64,000 nucleotides of DNA from an uncultured Gammaproteobacteria bacterium (GCA_965231005.1 OZ246405.1:103204-167203), one strand, 5' to 3'; shown: positions 9,821 through 19,357, numbered from the stretch's first letter. The notes: a model not told the origin generated them from the letters alone. Program-made: numbers and translations.

Positions 9821-12192
9821 AACACTGGATGCTGTCCAAACCGCCCTCTAAGAGCAGAAACTATCTTCCCAGCATAACTAGGACGTTTTTGAGAATATAA
9901 TCTAAATTTAAATGCCTCATGAATGACTTTATCTCGGATACCCAGTTCATGTGCTGTCTTCACTGTCCATTCGCCTTCACCAGAATGATGAACCTTTCCA
10001 CTAATTGCTTTTAAATCCTCACCATACAGTTCAAATGCTTCACGCAGCCATGTAATAAGATGAGATTCAATAACACTTCCATTGTCATACACATCTGCAA
10101 CACGAGAAAGATCAAGTCTGAACTTTGCTTTTTTCATAATATGGAATCCTTCTCCAATTGCCTGCATCATGCCATATTCAATTCCATTGTGAACCATTTT
10201 TACAAAATGCCCTGCACCAACACCTTCAAAAAATTCATACCCATTTGTTTGTGACATGTCAAAAAATAATGGTTCAACTTTTTTAAATGTTTCCTTATCT
10301 CCACCAATCATAACGCATGCACCATTCCTTGCACCACCTGGACCGCCAGAAACTCCTGCATCAAGAAAATGAATGCCATGTTTTTTTAATTTCTTTTGTC
10401 GTGCAATAGTATTTTTGTAGAATGAATTTCCTCCATCAATAATAATATCTCCTTTGTCCATATGCTGAACAATACCTTCTGCACCAAAAAGCACATCATC
10501 AACTGGCTTTCCAGCCGGAATCATAAGCCAAATAAGACGTGGAGTAGATAACTTAAATACAAGTTCTTCGAGTGAGTAAGCTGGTTTCATTCCCTCACTC
10601 TTTAATTTATCTGTTTCATCTGGAGAACGATTGTATCCAACAACTTTCCATCCTTTTTCCATAATATGTCGTGCAATTCCGCCACCCATTCGACCAAGAC
10701 CAACAATACCAATTTCTTTTTTGATTTTTCCTTTTGGATGGGAAAGAAATTTTGCTGCTTTTTCACTAATTGTATGTGTATTTTTTTTGTATGAATGAAG
10801 TGGAACGAGTCTTTTTTTCCATGCTTTTTCAATTGGATCTACAAACCGCCACATTGCTGCAACTTCTTCCTTTCCAACAAACCATGTTTGGTCTCCACCA
10901 ATGCAATCATTAATAAGTTTTGCATATTCTTCTGTGTACTGACGTTTTTCTTTTTTCTTATATAGCATGAAATCCAAATTTCGCTTTTCCATTGCAAGTT
11001 CAAACCCAGGTTTTTTTGCAATAAATTCAACACGAATTCCTTCGTCTGGATGCAGTGAAAAAACAACTTTATTTTTTGTATGTTTGTCTGCAGGACAAAT
11101 GCATGGAGACGGATGTTTAAATGTGACAACAATTTCCTTATGTGCTTTCCCCATTCTTTTTCCACTTTCAATAGTAATAGGAACACCACTCCAACGTGGA
11201 TTGTCAATTTCTGTTTTTACTGCAAAAAACGTTTCAACTGTTGACGTTGGATTCACACCTTTTATCTTTGTATATCCTTTGTACTGTGCACGAAAACTCT
11301 GTACTGATGCTTCAGCCAGTGTTGGTTTGTGAAGCTGTTTTAATAATATTGTTCGCGCTCTTCGAATACTTGCAGCATCTGTTGTTTTTGGAAAATCCAT
11401 GGTCAAAAGTGCGACCATTTCTAACATATGATTCTGTCCAACATCACGAAGTGCACCAACTGTTTCATAAAATGGTCCTCTATCTTCTGCACCTATGTCT
11501 TCCCAAAGCTTCATATCAATGCGCTCTATGCTTTTGTTATTCCATGCATGTTCAAGAAGATTATTTGAAAAACGAAAATTCATGATTCCTTGAACCATTT
11601 CTTTTCCAAGATAATGATCAATTCGATAAATTTGCTCTTGCTTAAAACTTGCAAGTGTTTGCTCTAGCTGACGAGCAGTTTTTCCATCACTGCCAAATGG
11701 TTTTTCTACAATAAGGCGCGCCCACCCTTCGTCTCCACCGCACGGATCTGATAATTTTGAACGACGTAAATTCGATGCAATTGGTGTAATAAATTTTGGT
11801 GCAACAGCAAGATAAAAAATTTTATTTGAACATGTTTTCCATTCATTATCAACTTTTCCAAAATGTTTTGCGAGCTTAATGTAAGATCTATATTCTGTAA
11901 ACGATCCCTTTTGAAAATGAAACATGGATAAAAATTTTTCTGCACTTTTTCTGGAAGAAGTAATCTTTTTTTCTTTTAAAATGCTAAAAATGTGATCACG
12001 AAAATCATTATCATCAAATTTGTGATGTGAAAATCCAAGAACACGAAAAAGTTTAGGTAATCTTTTTTGTTTATATAAAAAATGAAGTGATGGAACAACT
12101 TTTTTCGTCATTAAATCTCCAGTTGCACCAAATACAACAAAAACAGTTGGCAAATTGTTGACAGGCATTTTCATAAAATTTTTTTGTACCAA
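9808..12192 (-). CDS. Fused glucose-6-phosphate 1-dehydrogenase (N-terminal) / 6-phosphogluconate dehydrogenase-like (C-terminal NAD-binding Gnd-type domain)
   Basis: 794 aa. G6PD signatures RIDHYLGKE and EKPFG. C-terminal roughly 300 aa carry GIVGLGRMGGG Rossmann and AGHFVKMVHNGIEYG 6PGDH motifs. Confidence 0.8.
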   Translation of the reverse strand: MVQKNFMKMPVNNLPTVFVVFGATGDLMTKKVVPSLHFLYKQKRLPKLFRVLGFSHHKFDDNDFRDHIFSILKEKKITSSRKSAEKFLSMFHFQKGSFTEYRSYIKLAKHFGKVDNEWKTCSNKIFYLAVAPKFITPIASNLRRSKLSDPCGGDEGWARLIVEKPFGSDGKTARQLEQTLASFKQEQIYRIDHYLGKEMVQGIMNFRFSNNLLEHAWNNKSIERIDMKLWEDIGAEDRGPFYETVGALRDVGQNHMLEMVALLTMDFPKTTDAASIRRARTILLKQLHKPTLAEASVQSFRAQYKGYTKIKGVNPTSTVETFFAVKTEIDNPRWSGVPITIESGKRMGKAHKEIVVTFKHPSPCICPADKHTKNKVVFSLHPDEGIRVEFIAKKPGFELAMEKRNLDFMLYKKKEKRQYTEEYAKLINDCIGGDQTWFVGKEEVAAMWRFVDPIEKAWKKRLVPLHSYKKNTHTISEKAAKFLSHPKGKIKKEIGIVGLGRMGGGIARHIMEKGWKVVGYNRSPDETDKLKSEGMKPAYSLEELVFKLSTPRLIWLMIPAGKPVDDVLFGAEGIVQHMDKGDIIIDGGNSFYKNTIARQKKLKKHGIHFLDAGVSGGPGGARNGACVMIGGDKETFKKVEPLFFDMSQTNGYEFFEGVGAGHFVKMVHNGIEYGMMQAIGEGFHIMKKAKFRLDLSRVADVYDNGSVIESHLITWLREAFELYGEDLKAISGKVHHSGEGEWTVKTAHELGIRDKVIHEAFKFRLYSQKRPSYAGKIVSALRGRFGQHPVLKNK

Positions 12193-12225
12193 TAGTATAA
12201 CATAAAAAAAATTCTCATTCGATGA

Positions 12226-12254
12226 TTGACGAGAAAGATTATTCCTGGTATTGT
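12226..12254 (+). promoter_or_regulatory. Sigma70-like promoter of the Zn-ribbon mini-operon (TTGACG-17-TATTGT)
   Basis: Hexamers with 17-bp spacing roughly 25 nt upstream of the GGAGGTG RBS. Confidence 0.45.
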
Positions 12255-12279
12255 CTTGTCACGAACACCGGAGGTGGCC

Positions 12280-12468
12280 ATGAGTAAGGTCAGCAATGCG
12301 ATGAAGCAAAATCGCAAACGAAGACGCAACGGATATTGGATTTGTAGCACTGAACATTGGTTTCCAAGGCTGCGAGAACGCAGAAAGTGTGGACAGGTCA
12401 ATCATCCCGGAACTTCTCACTGCTACTACTGTGGTTCGAGAAAACCCAGATCCCAACGGAGGAAGTGA
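12280..12468 (+). CDS. Tiny basic zinc-ribbon protein A (62 aa; YWIC-x14-CG-x8-HCYYCG)
   Basis: RBS GGAGGTGGCC then ATG. C4 pattern. Stop TGA overlaps the next ATG (TGATG). Confidence 0.5.
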   Translation: MSKVSNAMKQNRKRRRNGYWICSTEHWFPRLRERRKCGQVNHPGTSHCYYCGSRKPRSQRRK

Positions 12469-12692
12469 TGACGAAGAAAAAACGCCCTGGTCGCACTGTC
12501 AGAAAACGCGGGCGCAAGCCTGTCCGAACCAAGCCAGATGGTGGCAAGCTGCCCTGGGGTCGAAGTACTCCGCAGGAACGCCGACTCAACCGTCTGATCA
12601 AAAGAGGGGTCGTGAAAAAGCCCGAACCCCTCAAAAAGCGGGTCCAAAGGCGAACGCATCTTCGCGTCGTCCGAGATGGAGACCGCTGGTGA
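12468..12692 (+). CDS. Extremely basic (Arg/Lys-rich) 74-aa protein B, translationally coupled to A
   Basis: ATG overlaps the stop of A by 1 nt. About 40% K/R content. Confidence 0.45.
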   Translation: MTKKKRPGRTVRKRGRKPVRTKPDGGKLPWGRSTPQERRLNRLIKRGVVKKPEPLKKRVQRRTHLRVVRDGDRW

Positions 12693-12729
12693 AAAAAACG
12701 AGGGTTGTGCCTCGTATTGGGAGAAGCCG

Positions 12730-12954
12730 ATGAAAACCAACGAACGACTGATCCGCGCAACCCGCGGAGTCATTGCTGCAACTCGCAGAGGTCCACGCCC
12801 GAAGGTGAAGGGAAAGTCCAAGACGATTCCCTACTGGGTTTGCGAAAAATTCCGCAAGGAAGAAGACACTGAGCCGTGCGGTGCGCACAACTCCATGAAC
12901 GACAAGCGCTGTGTGACCTGTGGCAAAAAGCGCCCAAAGAGAAAGAAAAAGTGA
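12730..12954 (+). CDS. Tiny basic zinc-ribbon protein C (74 aa; YWVC-x11-CG-x8-CVTCG)
   Basis: GGGAGAAG RBS 5 nt before the ATG. Same zinc-ribbon module as A. An alternative upstream ATG lies at 12676. Confidence 0.5.
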   Translation: MKTNERLIRATRGVIAATRRGPRPKVKGKSKTIPYWVCEKFRKEEDTEPCGAHNSMNDKRCVTCGKKRPKRKKK

Positions 12955-13124
12955 GCGAGCATCCAGTTGAAAAAAACGTCAACAAAGACGCTGAAGTTGG
13001 ACTCGCTTCTGATGACGAAGCATACTGGATTTGCTCTGCAAAAATCGACGATGTAGTCTGCTGCCACTGCAACTACGACAGTGATGAGCATTGTATCCGG
13101 TGTGGCGGACCAAAAGCGAACTAG
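12951..13124 (+). CDS. Small zinc-ribbon protein D (57 aa, acidic N-terminus; YWIC-x8-CCHC-x7-CIRCG); GTG start overlapping stop of C
   Basis: GTGA start/stop overlap. Third copy of the YW[IV]C zinc-ribbon module. Confidence 0.4.
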   Translation: MSEHPVEKNVNKDAEVGLASDDEAYWICSAKIDDVVCCHCNYDSDEHCIRCGGPKAN

Positions 13125-13149
13125 TCAGAACAATTCAATAAGGAGTTAG

Positions 13150-13190
13150 CCCCTGAAGCGAACCTCTGTGTCGTCCAGGGGTTTGTTTTA
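13150..13190 (+). terminator. Rho-independent terminator closing the Zn-ribbon operon
   Basis: CCCCTG ... CAGGGG stem then TTTGTTTT. Confidence 0.7.
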
Positions 13191-13793
13191 TGTAATTACA
13201 AAATTAAGTCCATCAACAATATGATCTGCATATTTAGTTGATCCAGCATATGGATGATCTTCTGGTCGAACAACTAAATAAGTATGAACTTGAGGGTGAG
13301 CCTTTTTCACTCGTTCAACATTTTTTGGCTTATCGTCTATAAACCAAATCTCATCATATTCTTTTAAAAAAATTTCTACTACTTTTTCCTTTTGCTTTCT
13401 CGAAATAATTTTCCCAACCTCTTTTGATAAATTGCTGTGCGATATTTTTTCAGTTTGTAATTCTGCATCGCCATGAGTAGCTATAGAAATATAAAAACGA
13501 TCTTTGTGTTTTTCAATAAAATCATGTACATCAGAAAAAACAAATTCCTGTGCATGTTGTTCAATAATATCAATCATTGCGCCATGCATTGCCTCCTTAT
13601 CTGGATGAGAAAGCGATGCAATAAACTTATCAATATCAACGACAACACAACATTTTTTTAACGCATCACGTTTTGCATGGAATTCTTTTGAAGAAATACC
13701 AAAATCGTCTTTGAATCTTTTTTTCAAAACATTAACATACCGTGTTGTATTAAACACGGTATGATCAAAGTCGAGTAAAATTAGTTTTTTCAT
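13188..13793 (-). CDS. HAD-superfamily hydrolase
   Basis: 201 aa. N-terminal LLDFDHT motif (DxDxT-type) and downstream FIDDKPKN-like motif. Confidence 0.65.
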   Translation of the reverse strand: MKKLILLDFDHTVFNTTRYVNVLKKRFKDDFGISSKEFHAKRDALKKCCVVVDIDKFIASLSHPDKEAMHGAMIDIIEQHAQEFVFSDVHDFIEKHKDRFYISIATHGDAELQTEKISHSNLSKEVGKIISRKQKEKVVEIFLKEYDEIWFIDDKPKNVERVKKAHPQVHTYLVVRPEDHPYAGSTKYADHIVDGLNFVIT

Positions 13794-14491
13794 AATTCAA
13801 TAACCCCAAGTTCAGGAAAGTTAGGACGACTGCCCTTTTCTATTTTGTCATACATTGATGCAGGAATGCCAATATCTCCTAAAAAAACTTTCCCAGATTT
13901 GTCTTTTCCGTTTTCTGTCTGAAAAGCTTTTTTTGGCAAAGCAAGTGTAAGCGTTGCATCTGCTCGGACACAAGGATCAAAACACTCTCCTGTTGTAGCA
14001 TCTACGCCAGATGGAACATCATATGAAATCACAAATGCATCACTTACTTTTATCTCTTCTATCAACGTCTTAAAATTATCACGCGGCGCACCATCTAAAT
14101 GATAACCAATCAATGCGTCAACAATAACGTCTGCTTTATTTACAATCAGTGCTGTTTCATTCGGCTTCTCTTTGAAATGTATAATATGAACACCCGTATC
14201 ATGCAATTCTTCTAGATAATACTCTGGATCTGGTTTAATATCATCTGTCACAAGAATAAGTGTGACATTATGGCCCCTCTTTAAGAGATACCTTGCAGCA
14301 ACAATACCATCTCCACCCTTATTCCCTTTCCCGCATACAACTGCAACATGTGAATCTTTACTAATATCTAATGCATCAAAAACTGGAATGATGCGCTCGC
14401 CAGCAAGCTCCATCATTGTACGAATTGGCAAACCATTTGCAACAGCAATCTCATCGAGTCGTTCCATTTCTTTTGCAGTTGAGTAATACAT
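13790..14491 (-). CDS. NAD(P)H-hydrate epimerase (YjeF N-terminal domain / Nnr)
   Basis: VAVVCGKGNKGGDGIVAARYL motif; 233 aa. Confidence 0.75.
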   Translation of the reverse strand: MYYSTAKEMERLDEIAVANGLPIRTMMELAGERIIPVFDALDISKDSHVAVVCGKGNKGGDGIVAARYLLKRGHNVTLILVTDDIKPDPEYYLEELHDTGVHIIHFKEKPNETALIVNKADVIVDALIGYHLDGAPRDNFKTLIEEIKVSDAFVISYDVPSGVDATTGECFDPCVRADATLTLALPKKAFQTENGKDKSGKVFLGDIGIPASMYDKIEKGSRPNFPELGVIEL

Positions 14492-14623
14492 ATTTAAAAA
14501 ATAAAGAAATTAGGAAATTAGGAAACTAAGGGAACAAAGTAAAAAGACCCTATCCTTTTATAACTTTTGGTATCAATTTAAAGCCCCTTATTTCTTAATT
14601 TCTTTATTTCGCTATTTCTTTTT
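14492..14623. repeat. Intergenic inverted repeat AAATAAAGAAATTAGGAAATTAGGAAAC / TATTTCTTAATTTCTTTATTTCG
   Basis: Roughly 28-bp arms flanking a 60-bp spacer, between two minus-strand genes. Confidence 0.55.
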
Positions 14624-15388
14624 TTAGAGATAATCTAAAATTGCATCGTAGTTAATAAAGTCAAACCAGCTATACACAAGACTTGTCCAAACCCCGAAGT
14701 TTCCGCTTACTAATAGTATACCAAGTAAGACCAAAAGTGCACCACCAACAATTGAAATGACGTCAAGGTATTTTGAAATCCTTTTTACGTACTCAAATGC
14801 ATGTCCAATTCCCAGCGCGAGGAGCAGAAATGGAAGTGCAAGACCAAGAGAAAAGATAAATAAAAGAAAAGCTCCTGAAGCTATCTGTCCTGACGTAGAA
14901 GCAAGGACTAAAATTGAACCGAGCACAGGACCAACACAAGGTGTCCATCCAAATGCAAAGGATGCGCCAAACAAAAATGAACTCGATGGCTTCCCTGGTG
15001 TAAGTGATGAAGCAAATGATAATTTTTTTTGTTTATTCAAAAAATTAAAAAATGGAAGCTTAAAAATATGCATTAAATACAAACCAAAAAATATAACAAG
15101 TATTCCACCAATCCGTGTCAGAATAAGACGATACTTTGCCAATGCAACTCCAGCTGCTCCAAACAAAGTTCCAAAGAGAATAAATACAACAGAAAAACCA
15201 ATTACATATAACAATCCATTCAAAAATACTTTTTTTCTGATTCCTTGCAATTCTTTTTTGGAATGCCTCCCATGCACTGATACACCACTAATAAAACCAA
15301 GATATCCTGGAACAAGTGGAAATGTGCACGGAGCTAAAAACGTAAGGACTCCAGCAATAAATGCTGGGATCATGAGTGTTGTATCCAT
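14624..15388 (-). CDS. ccdA: Cytochrome c-type biogenesis / thiol-disulfide electron transporter CcdA (DsbD membrane core)
   Basis: 254 aa polytopic protein with paired Cys in TM1 (LAPCTFPLVPGY). Confidence 0.8.
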   Translation of the reverse strand: MDTTLMIPAFIAGVLTFLAPCTFPLVPGYLGFISGVSVHGRHSKKELQGIRKKVFLNGLLYVIGFSVVFILFGTLFGAAGVALAKYRLILTRIGGILVIFFGLYLMHIFKLPFFNFLNKQKKLSFASSLTPGKPSSSFLFGASFAFGWTPCVGPVLGSILVLASTSGQIASGAFLLFIFSLGLALPFLLLALGIGHAFEYVKRISKYLDVISIVGGALLVLLGILLVSGNFGVWTSLVYSWFDFINYDAILDYL

Positions 15389-15515
15389 AATTGTGAGTCA
15401 CCAATTTTTAAATCAATATGGTAATTTGTCTAGTCAGTATATCAAATCGGCTTTTATATTTGAAGATTGACGAGTTTACAATATATTGGTAATCTTACAC
15501 AACGAACTTTACTTG

Positions 15516-15565
15516 TATGGCCTCTAAAGCCTTTATGGCATTTATGGCCTTTTAAGCCTTTTAGC
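15516..15565. repeat. Copy 1 of dispersed GCCTTTAAAGGC/GGCATTTATGGCC palindromic repeat family (abuts start codon of TPP enzyme)
   Basis: TATGGCCTCTAAAGCCTTTATGGCATTTATGGCCTTTTAAGCCTTTT with 9-10-bp periodicity. Confidence 0.7.
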
Positions 15566-17206
15566 ATGAACGCAGCAGACCTTTTTGTACGAGCACTAGA
15601 AAATGAAGGAGTTGAATATATATTTGGTGTTCCAGGAGAAGAAAACCTTCGACTTTTAGAATCAATCTCAAAATCATCAATAACATTAATAGTTACCCGG
15701 CACGAACAAGGTGCTGGTTTTATGGCTGCAACATATGGCAGACTTACTGGAAAACCAGGTGTGTGTCTTTCGACCCTTGGTCCAGGAGCAACAAATTTAG
15801 TTACTGCTGCAGCCTATGCCCAACTTGGAGGAATGCCAATGCTCATGATTACAGGACAAAAACCAATTAAAAGAAGCAAGCAAGGACATTTCCAAATTAT
15901 CAATACAGTGGAAATGTTTCACCCCCTCACAAAATTAAGTAAGCAACTTACAAATGGAAACCATATTTCTGCAGCAGTACGAAATGCATTTAAAATTTCA
16001 ATGGAAGAGCGTCCTGGTGCAGTTCACTTAGAACTTCCAGAAGATATTGCAGAAGAACAAACAACTCAAGGACTTTACAAACCGAAAAAAATGAGAAAAC
16101 CAACACCAGATGAAAATGCAATGGATGAAGCAATAAAGATGATAGAGCAAGCAAAACATCCCCTCCTTCTTATTGGTGCAGCAGCAAATAGAAAAAAAAT
16201 TTCACAAGAACTCCGTAAATTTATAGACAAGACTGGTATTTATTTTTTCAATACACAAATGGGTAAAGGTGTTGTTGATGAACGACATGAACAATTTTTA
16301 GGGACAGCTGCACTTTCAGAAGATGACTACGTTCACTGCGCAATTGACCATGCTGATTTGATTATTAATGTTGGGCATGATGTTATTGAAAAACCACCAT
16401 TTATTATGAAACATCTTGGACCGCAAGTCATTCACATTAATTTTCTTCCAGCAAAAATTGATGATGTGTACTTTCCACAACACGAGGTCGTTGGCGATAT
16501 CGACAATGCACTTGAATATATAAATAACAATATTGAAGTGCAGAACCACTGGGATTCTTCGTATTACAAAAGACTAGAAATAGGACTTGAACAAGATATA
16601 GCAAAGAATACTACAAATAATTCTTTTCCTGTCCTTCCACAACGGCTTGTTGCAGATGTTCGTAATGTTATGCCCGATGATGGCATTGTCACGCTTGATA
16701 ATGGCATGTATAAAATTTGGTTTGCTAGAAATTATAAGGCACATAAACCAAACACGCTCCTGCTCGATAATGCACTCGCAACAATGGGAGCAGGACTTCC
16801 TTCTGCCATGATGGCAAAGCTGCTTTATCCAGAAAAGAAAGTACTGGCTGTTGTAGGAGATGGTGGATTTATGATGAATTCTCAAGAAATGGAAACAGCG
16901 ATTCGTCTTAAACTTGATTTGACTGTTATTGTTATTAGTGACAAAGCGTATGGCATGATTAAGTGGAAACAAGCAGAGATGGAGTTAGAAGACTTTGGAC
17001 TAGATTTTGAAAATCCTAATTTTATAACATATGCAGAAAGCTATGGCGCAAAAGGATATCGTATAAACAAAACAGAAGAATTGAAAAAATTATTAGACAA
17101 AACAATGAATGAAAAAGGAATTCATCTGATTGAGGTGCCAATTGATTATTCTGTAAATACTCATATTATTAGCCAAGAATTAAAAGAAAAGGCTTGTAAA
17201 TTTTAA
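15566..17206 (+). CDS. Thiamine-pyrophosphate enzyme, acetolactate synthase large-subunit-like
   Basis: N-terminal TPP-enzyme domain, central domain and C-terminal TPP-binding motif (GDGGFMMNSQE). The ORF track starts upstream inside the repeat; the ATG at 15566 is the likelier start. Confidence 0.75.
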   Translation: MNAADLFVRALENEGVEYIFGVPGEENLRLLESISKSSITLIVTRHEQGAGFMAATYGRLTGKPGVCLSTLGPGATNLVTAAAYAQLGGMPMLMITGQKPIKRSKQGHFQIINTVEMFHPLTKLSKQLTNGNHISAAVRNAFKISMEERPGAVHLELPEDIAEEQTTQGLYKPKKMRKPTPDENAMDEAIKMIEQAKHPLLLIGAAANRKKISQELRKFIDKTGIYFFNTQMGKGVVDERHEQFLGTAALSEDDYVHCAIDHADLIINVGHDVIEKPPFIMKHLGPQVIHINFLPAKIDDVYFPQHEVVGDIDNALEYINNNIEVQNHWDSSYYKRLEIGLEQDIAKNTTNNSFPVLPQRLVADVRNVMPDDGIVTLDNGMYKIWFARNYKAHKPNTLLLDNALATMGAGLPSAMMAKLLYPEKKVLAVVGDGGFMMNSQEMETAIRLKLDLTVIVISDKAYGMIKWKQAEMELEDFGLDFENPNFITYAESYGAKGYRINKTEELKKLLDKTMNEKGIHLIEVPIDYSVNTHIISQELKEKACKF

Positions 17207-17216
17207 TAAAATACAT

Positions 17217-18581
17217 ATGCCACTGTTATCTCACAATCCAGCGACAGGACAAGATGTTCAACATTTTGAAGAATTAAGTGATGATGCTGTTCAAGAAAAA
17301 ATAGCAAAAGCACAGACAGCGTTTGCCTCGTGGAAAAAGACAAGTTTTGAACACAGAGCTTCACTTATGTTGGAATTACAATCTGTATTATTGAGCCAAG
17401 AAAGAAAGTGGGCAGCAATCTCTACACTTGAAATGGGGCGGCCAATCACCCAATCTCTTGCAGCAGTAAGAAAGTGTGCATGGCTTTGTGAATACTATGC
17501 TGAAAACGCTGAGAAATTTTTAATTGAAGAACATGCTCAAACAGAAAACAAAGAAAGTTATGTCCAATTTGATCCGCTCGGCATTATTCTTGCAGTTATG
17601 CCGTGGAATTATCCTTACTGGCAAGTAATCCGTTTTGCTGCACCCGCAATTATGAGTGGAAATGTTGGACTCTTAAAACATGCGTCCAATGTGCCGCAAT
17701 GTTCAGAAGCACTTGAAAAAATGTTTCAACTGGCTGGTTTTCCAGAAGGTGTATTTCAGAATCTTCTTATTGGTTCTAAAAAAGTTGAAGGTATTTTGCG
17801 CGATCCACGTGTTCAAGCAGCAACATTAACAGGAAGTGAATACGCTGGAAGAAAAGTTGCAGAAACATGTGGTGACGAAATCAAAAAAACATTGCTCGAA
17901 CTTGGTGGCAGTGATCCATTTATTGTACTCGCTGATGCAGATCTTGAACTTGCATGTACTATTGGGACAACGGCACGGCTACAAAATACAGGACAAAGTT
18001 GTATTGCTGCAAAACGATTCATTGTGGTAGAAGAGCGATATGATGAATTTGTTGCCTTGTATAAAAAGAAATATGAACAGCAAATTGTTGGTGACCCAAC
18101 AGATGAAAAAACAACAATCGGTCCAATGGTTTCAAAGCAAGCAGTTGAAGAAATTGATGAACAAGTGAAAAAAAGTATTGCTCTTGGAGCAGAACTTATT
18201 GTTGGTGGAAAGAAAGTTGATCGACCAGGATATTTTTATGAGCCAACAATTTTAGGAAATGTAAAAAAAGGAATGCCATTTTATGACGAAGAAGTTTTTG
18301 GTCCTGGTGCTGCAATTATAAAAGTAAAAGATGAAGAAGAAGCAATTCGTGTTGCAAACGACACACCATTTGGTCTTGGTTCTTCTATTTGGACAACAGA
18401 TATTGAAAAAACAAAAAAACTCGCAGCAAACATAGATGCTGGCGCTGTATTTATCAATGGCATGGTAAAGTCTGATCCTCGCCTTCCGTTTGGTGGAATA
18501 AAAAAATCAGGCTATGGACGTGAACTTGCAAAATACGGGATTATGGAATTTGTAAATGCAAAGACAGTTGTGGTGGCCTAA
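17217..18581 (+). CDS. NAD(P)-dependent aldehyde dehydrogenase (succinate-semialdehyde DH-like)
   Basis: 454 aa. ALDH motifs ELGGSDP and catalytic Cys context GQSCIAAKR. Confidence 0.85.
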   Translation: MPLLSHNPATGQDVQHFEELSDDAVQEKIAKAQTAFASWKKTSFEHRASLMLELQSVLLSQERKWAAISTLEMGRPITQSLAAVRKCAWLCEYYAENAEKFLIEEHAQTENKESYVQFDPLGIILAVMPWNYPYWQVIRFAAPAIMSGNVGLLKHASNVPQCSEALEKMFQLAGFPEGVFQNLLIGSKKVEGILRDPRVQAATLTGSEYAGRKVAETCGDEIKKTLLELGGSDPFIVLADADLELACTIGTTARLQNTGQSCIAAKRFIVVEERYDEFVALYKKKYEQQIVGDPTDEKTTIGPMVSKQAVEEIDEQVKKSIALGAELIVGGKKVDRPGYFYEPTILGNVKKGMPFYDEEVFGPGAAIIKVKDEEEAIRVANDTPFGLGSSIWTTDIEKTKKLAANIDAGAVFINGMVKSDPRLPFGGIKKSGYGRELAKYGIMEFVNAKTVVVA

Positions 18582-18606
18582 AAATTTAAACAAAAAAAGA
18601 CCTGTG

Positions 18607-18900
18607 TCAATGGAGCACAGGTTCAAATCTTAGATTAACGATTTTCCCATCTTTTAATTTTTCCTTTTTTCGTACAGACGCCTTTACTGGCAAGACAAAC
18701 TCACCTTCTTTTGTTGGAAAAATACTTGTTGGCCAGGTTGTTTCTCCAATAGTTACCATAACACGAATACTCCCAAAACCACGCCGTTTTTGCTTATATC
18801 CCTTTTTAATTTTTGCAGAAAGTGTTTTATTGATTGTTAAAAAATGCCAAGAACCCTTTTCTCCGCTCCAAATCCAAAGCTTTGTTTTTGTCTTATACAT
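18607..18900 (-). CDS. DUF1905-family small protein
   Basis: C-terminus GETTWPTSIFPTKEGEFVLPVKASVRKK...GKIVNLRFE matches the DUF1905 consensus. Start placed at MYKTKTK. Confidence 0.5.
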   Translation of the reverse strand: MYKTKTKLWIWSGEKGSWHFLTINKTLSAKIKKGYKQKRRGFGSIRVMVTIGETTWPTSIFPTKEGEFVLPVKASVRKKEKLKDGKIVNLRFEPVLH

Positions 18901-18982
18901 AATGTAACTACTATCACCTATTGGAATAGTATACCAAAAAAATGCCCCTGCCCTGACTATTGCCAGGACAGGGACGAAAAGG

Positions 18983-19357
18983 TCACACTCCATGCAAAGC
19001 AAAGAGCTCGTTGATCTCTCCACTCTTGACCTTGTCCAGGTACACTTGTTCATCATTGGTGAATGACACCGGGAGCTCCTGCACAGCCGGAAGCGCCATC
19101 ACCTTCTCAGCATCTCCTTCTTCAAGACACTTGTCCTGCTCCAGAATCCGAGACACCATTGCCTGTGACTGCACAGGTGCAGGATGACGTCCAGTTCCAT
19201 CCTCTGAAATGATGATGATGTGATGGTGATCTCCTGCAGTTTCACAATCACACCGAATCGAAGCTCGTCGTGTAACAGACATACTTCCATAACATTTTTC
19301 GATCCTTATGGCATGATAGTAATCTGGATCCAAGACAACATGGTTGTGTTCACTCAT
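18983..19357 (-). CDS. Hypothetical protein in a short GC-rich (about 50%) patch (MSEHNHVVLDPDYY...)
   Basis: Strong RBS AAGGAGGAAGTC before the ATG. His/Cys-containing (CDCETAGDHHH). No family recognised. Confidence 0.45.
   Translation of the reverse strand: MSEHNHVVLDPDYYHAIRIEKCYGSMSVTRRASIRCDCETAGDHHHIIIISEDGTGRHPAPVQSQAMVSRILEQDKCLEEGDAEKVMALPAVQELPVSFTNDEQVYLDKVKSGEINELFALHGV

Noticed and set aside
12259-13091. Six overlapping minus-strand ORFs (65-131 aa) across the Zn-ribbon island, and the extended plus-strand ORFs 12357-12692, 12389-12733, 12676-12954, 12876-13124
   Set aside because: High GC suppresses stop codons in all frames. The minus-strand products are Arg/Ser/Pro-rich nonsense. 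The plus-strand extensions are explained by the four shorter coupled genes with RBSs.
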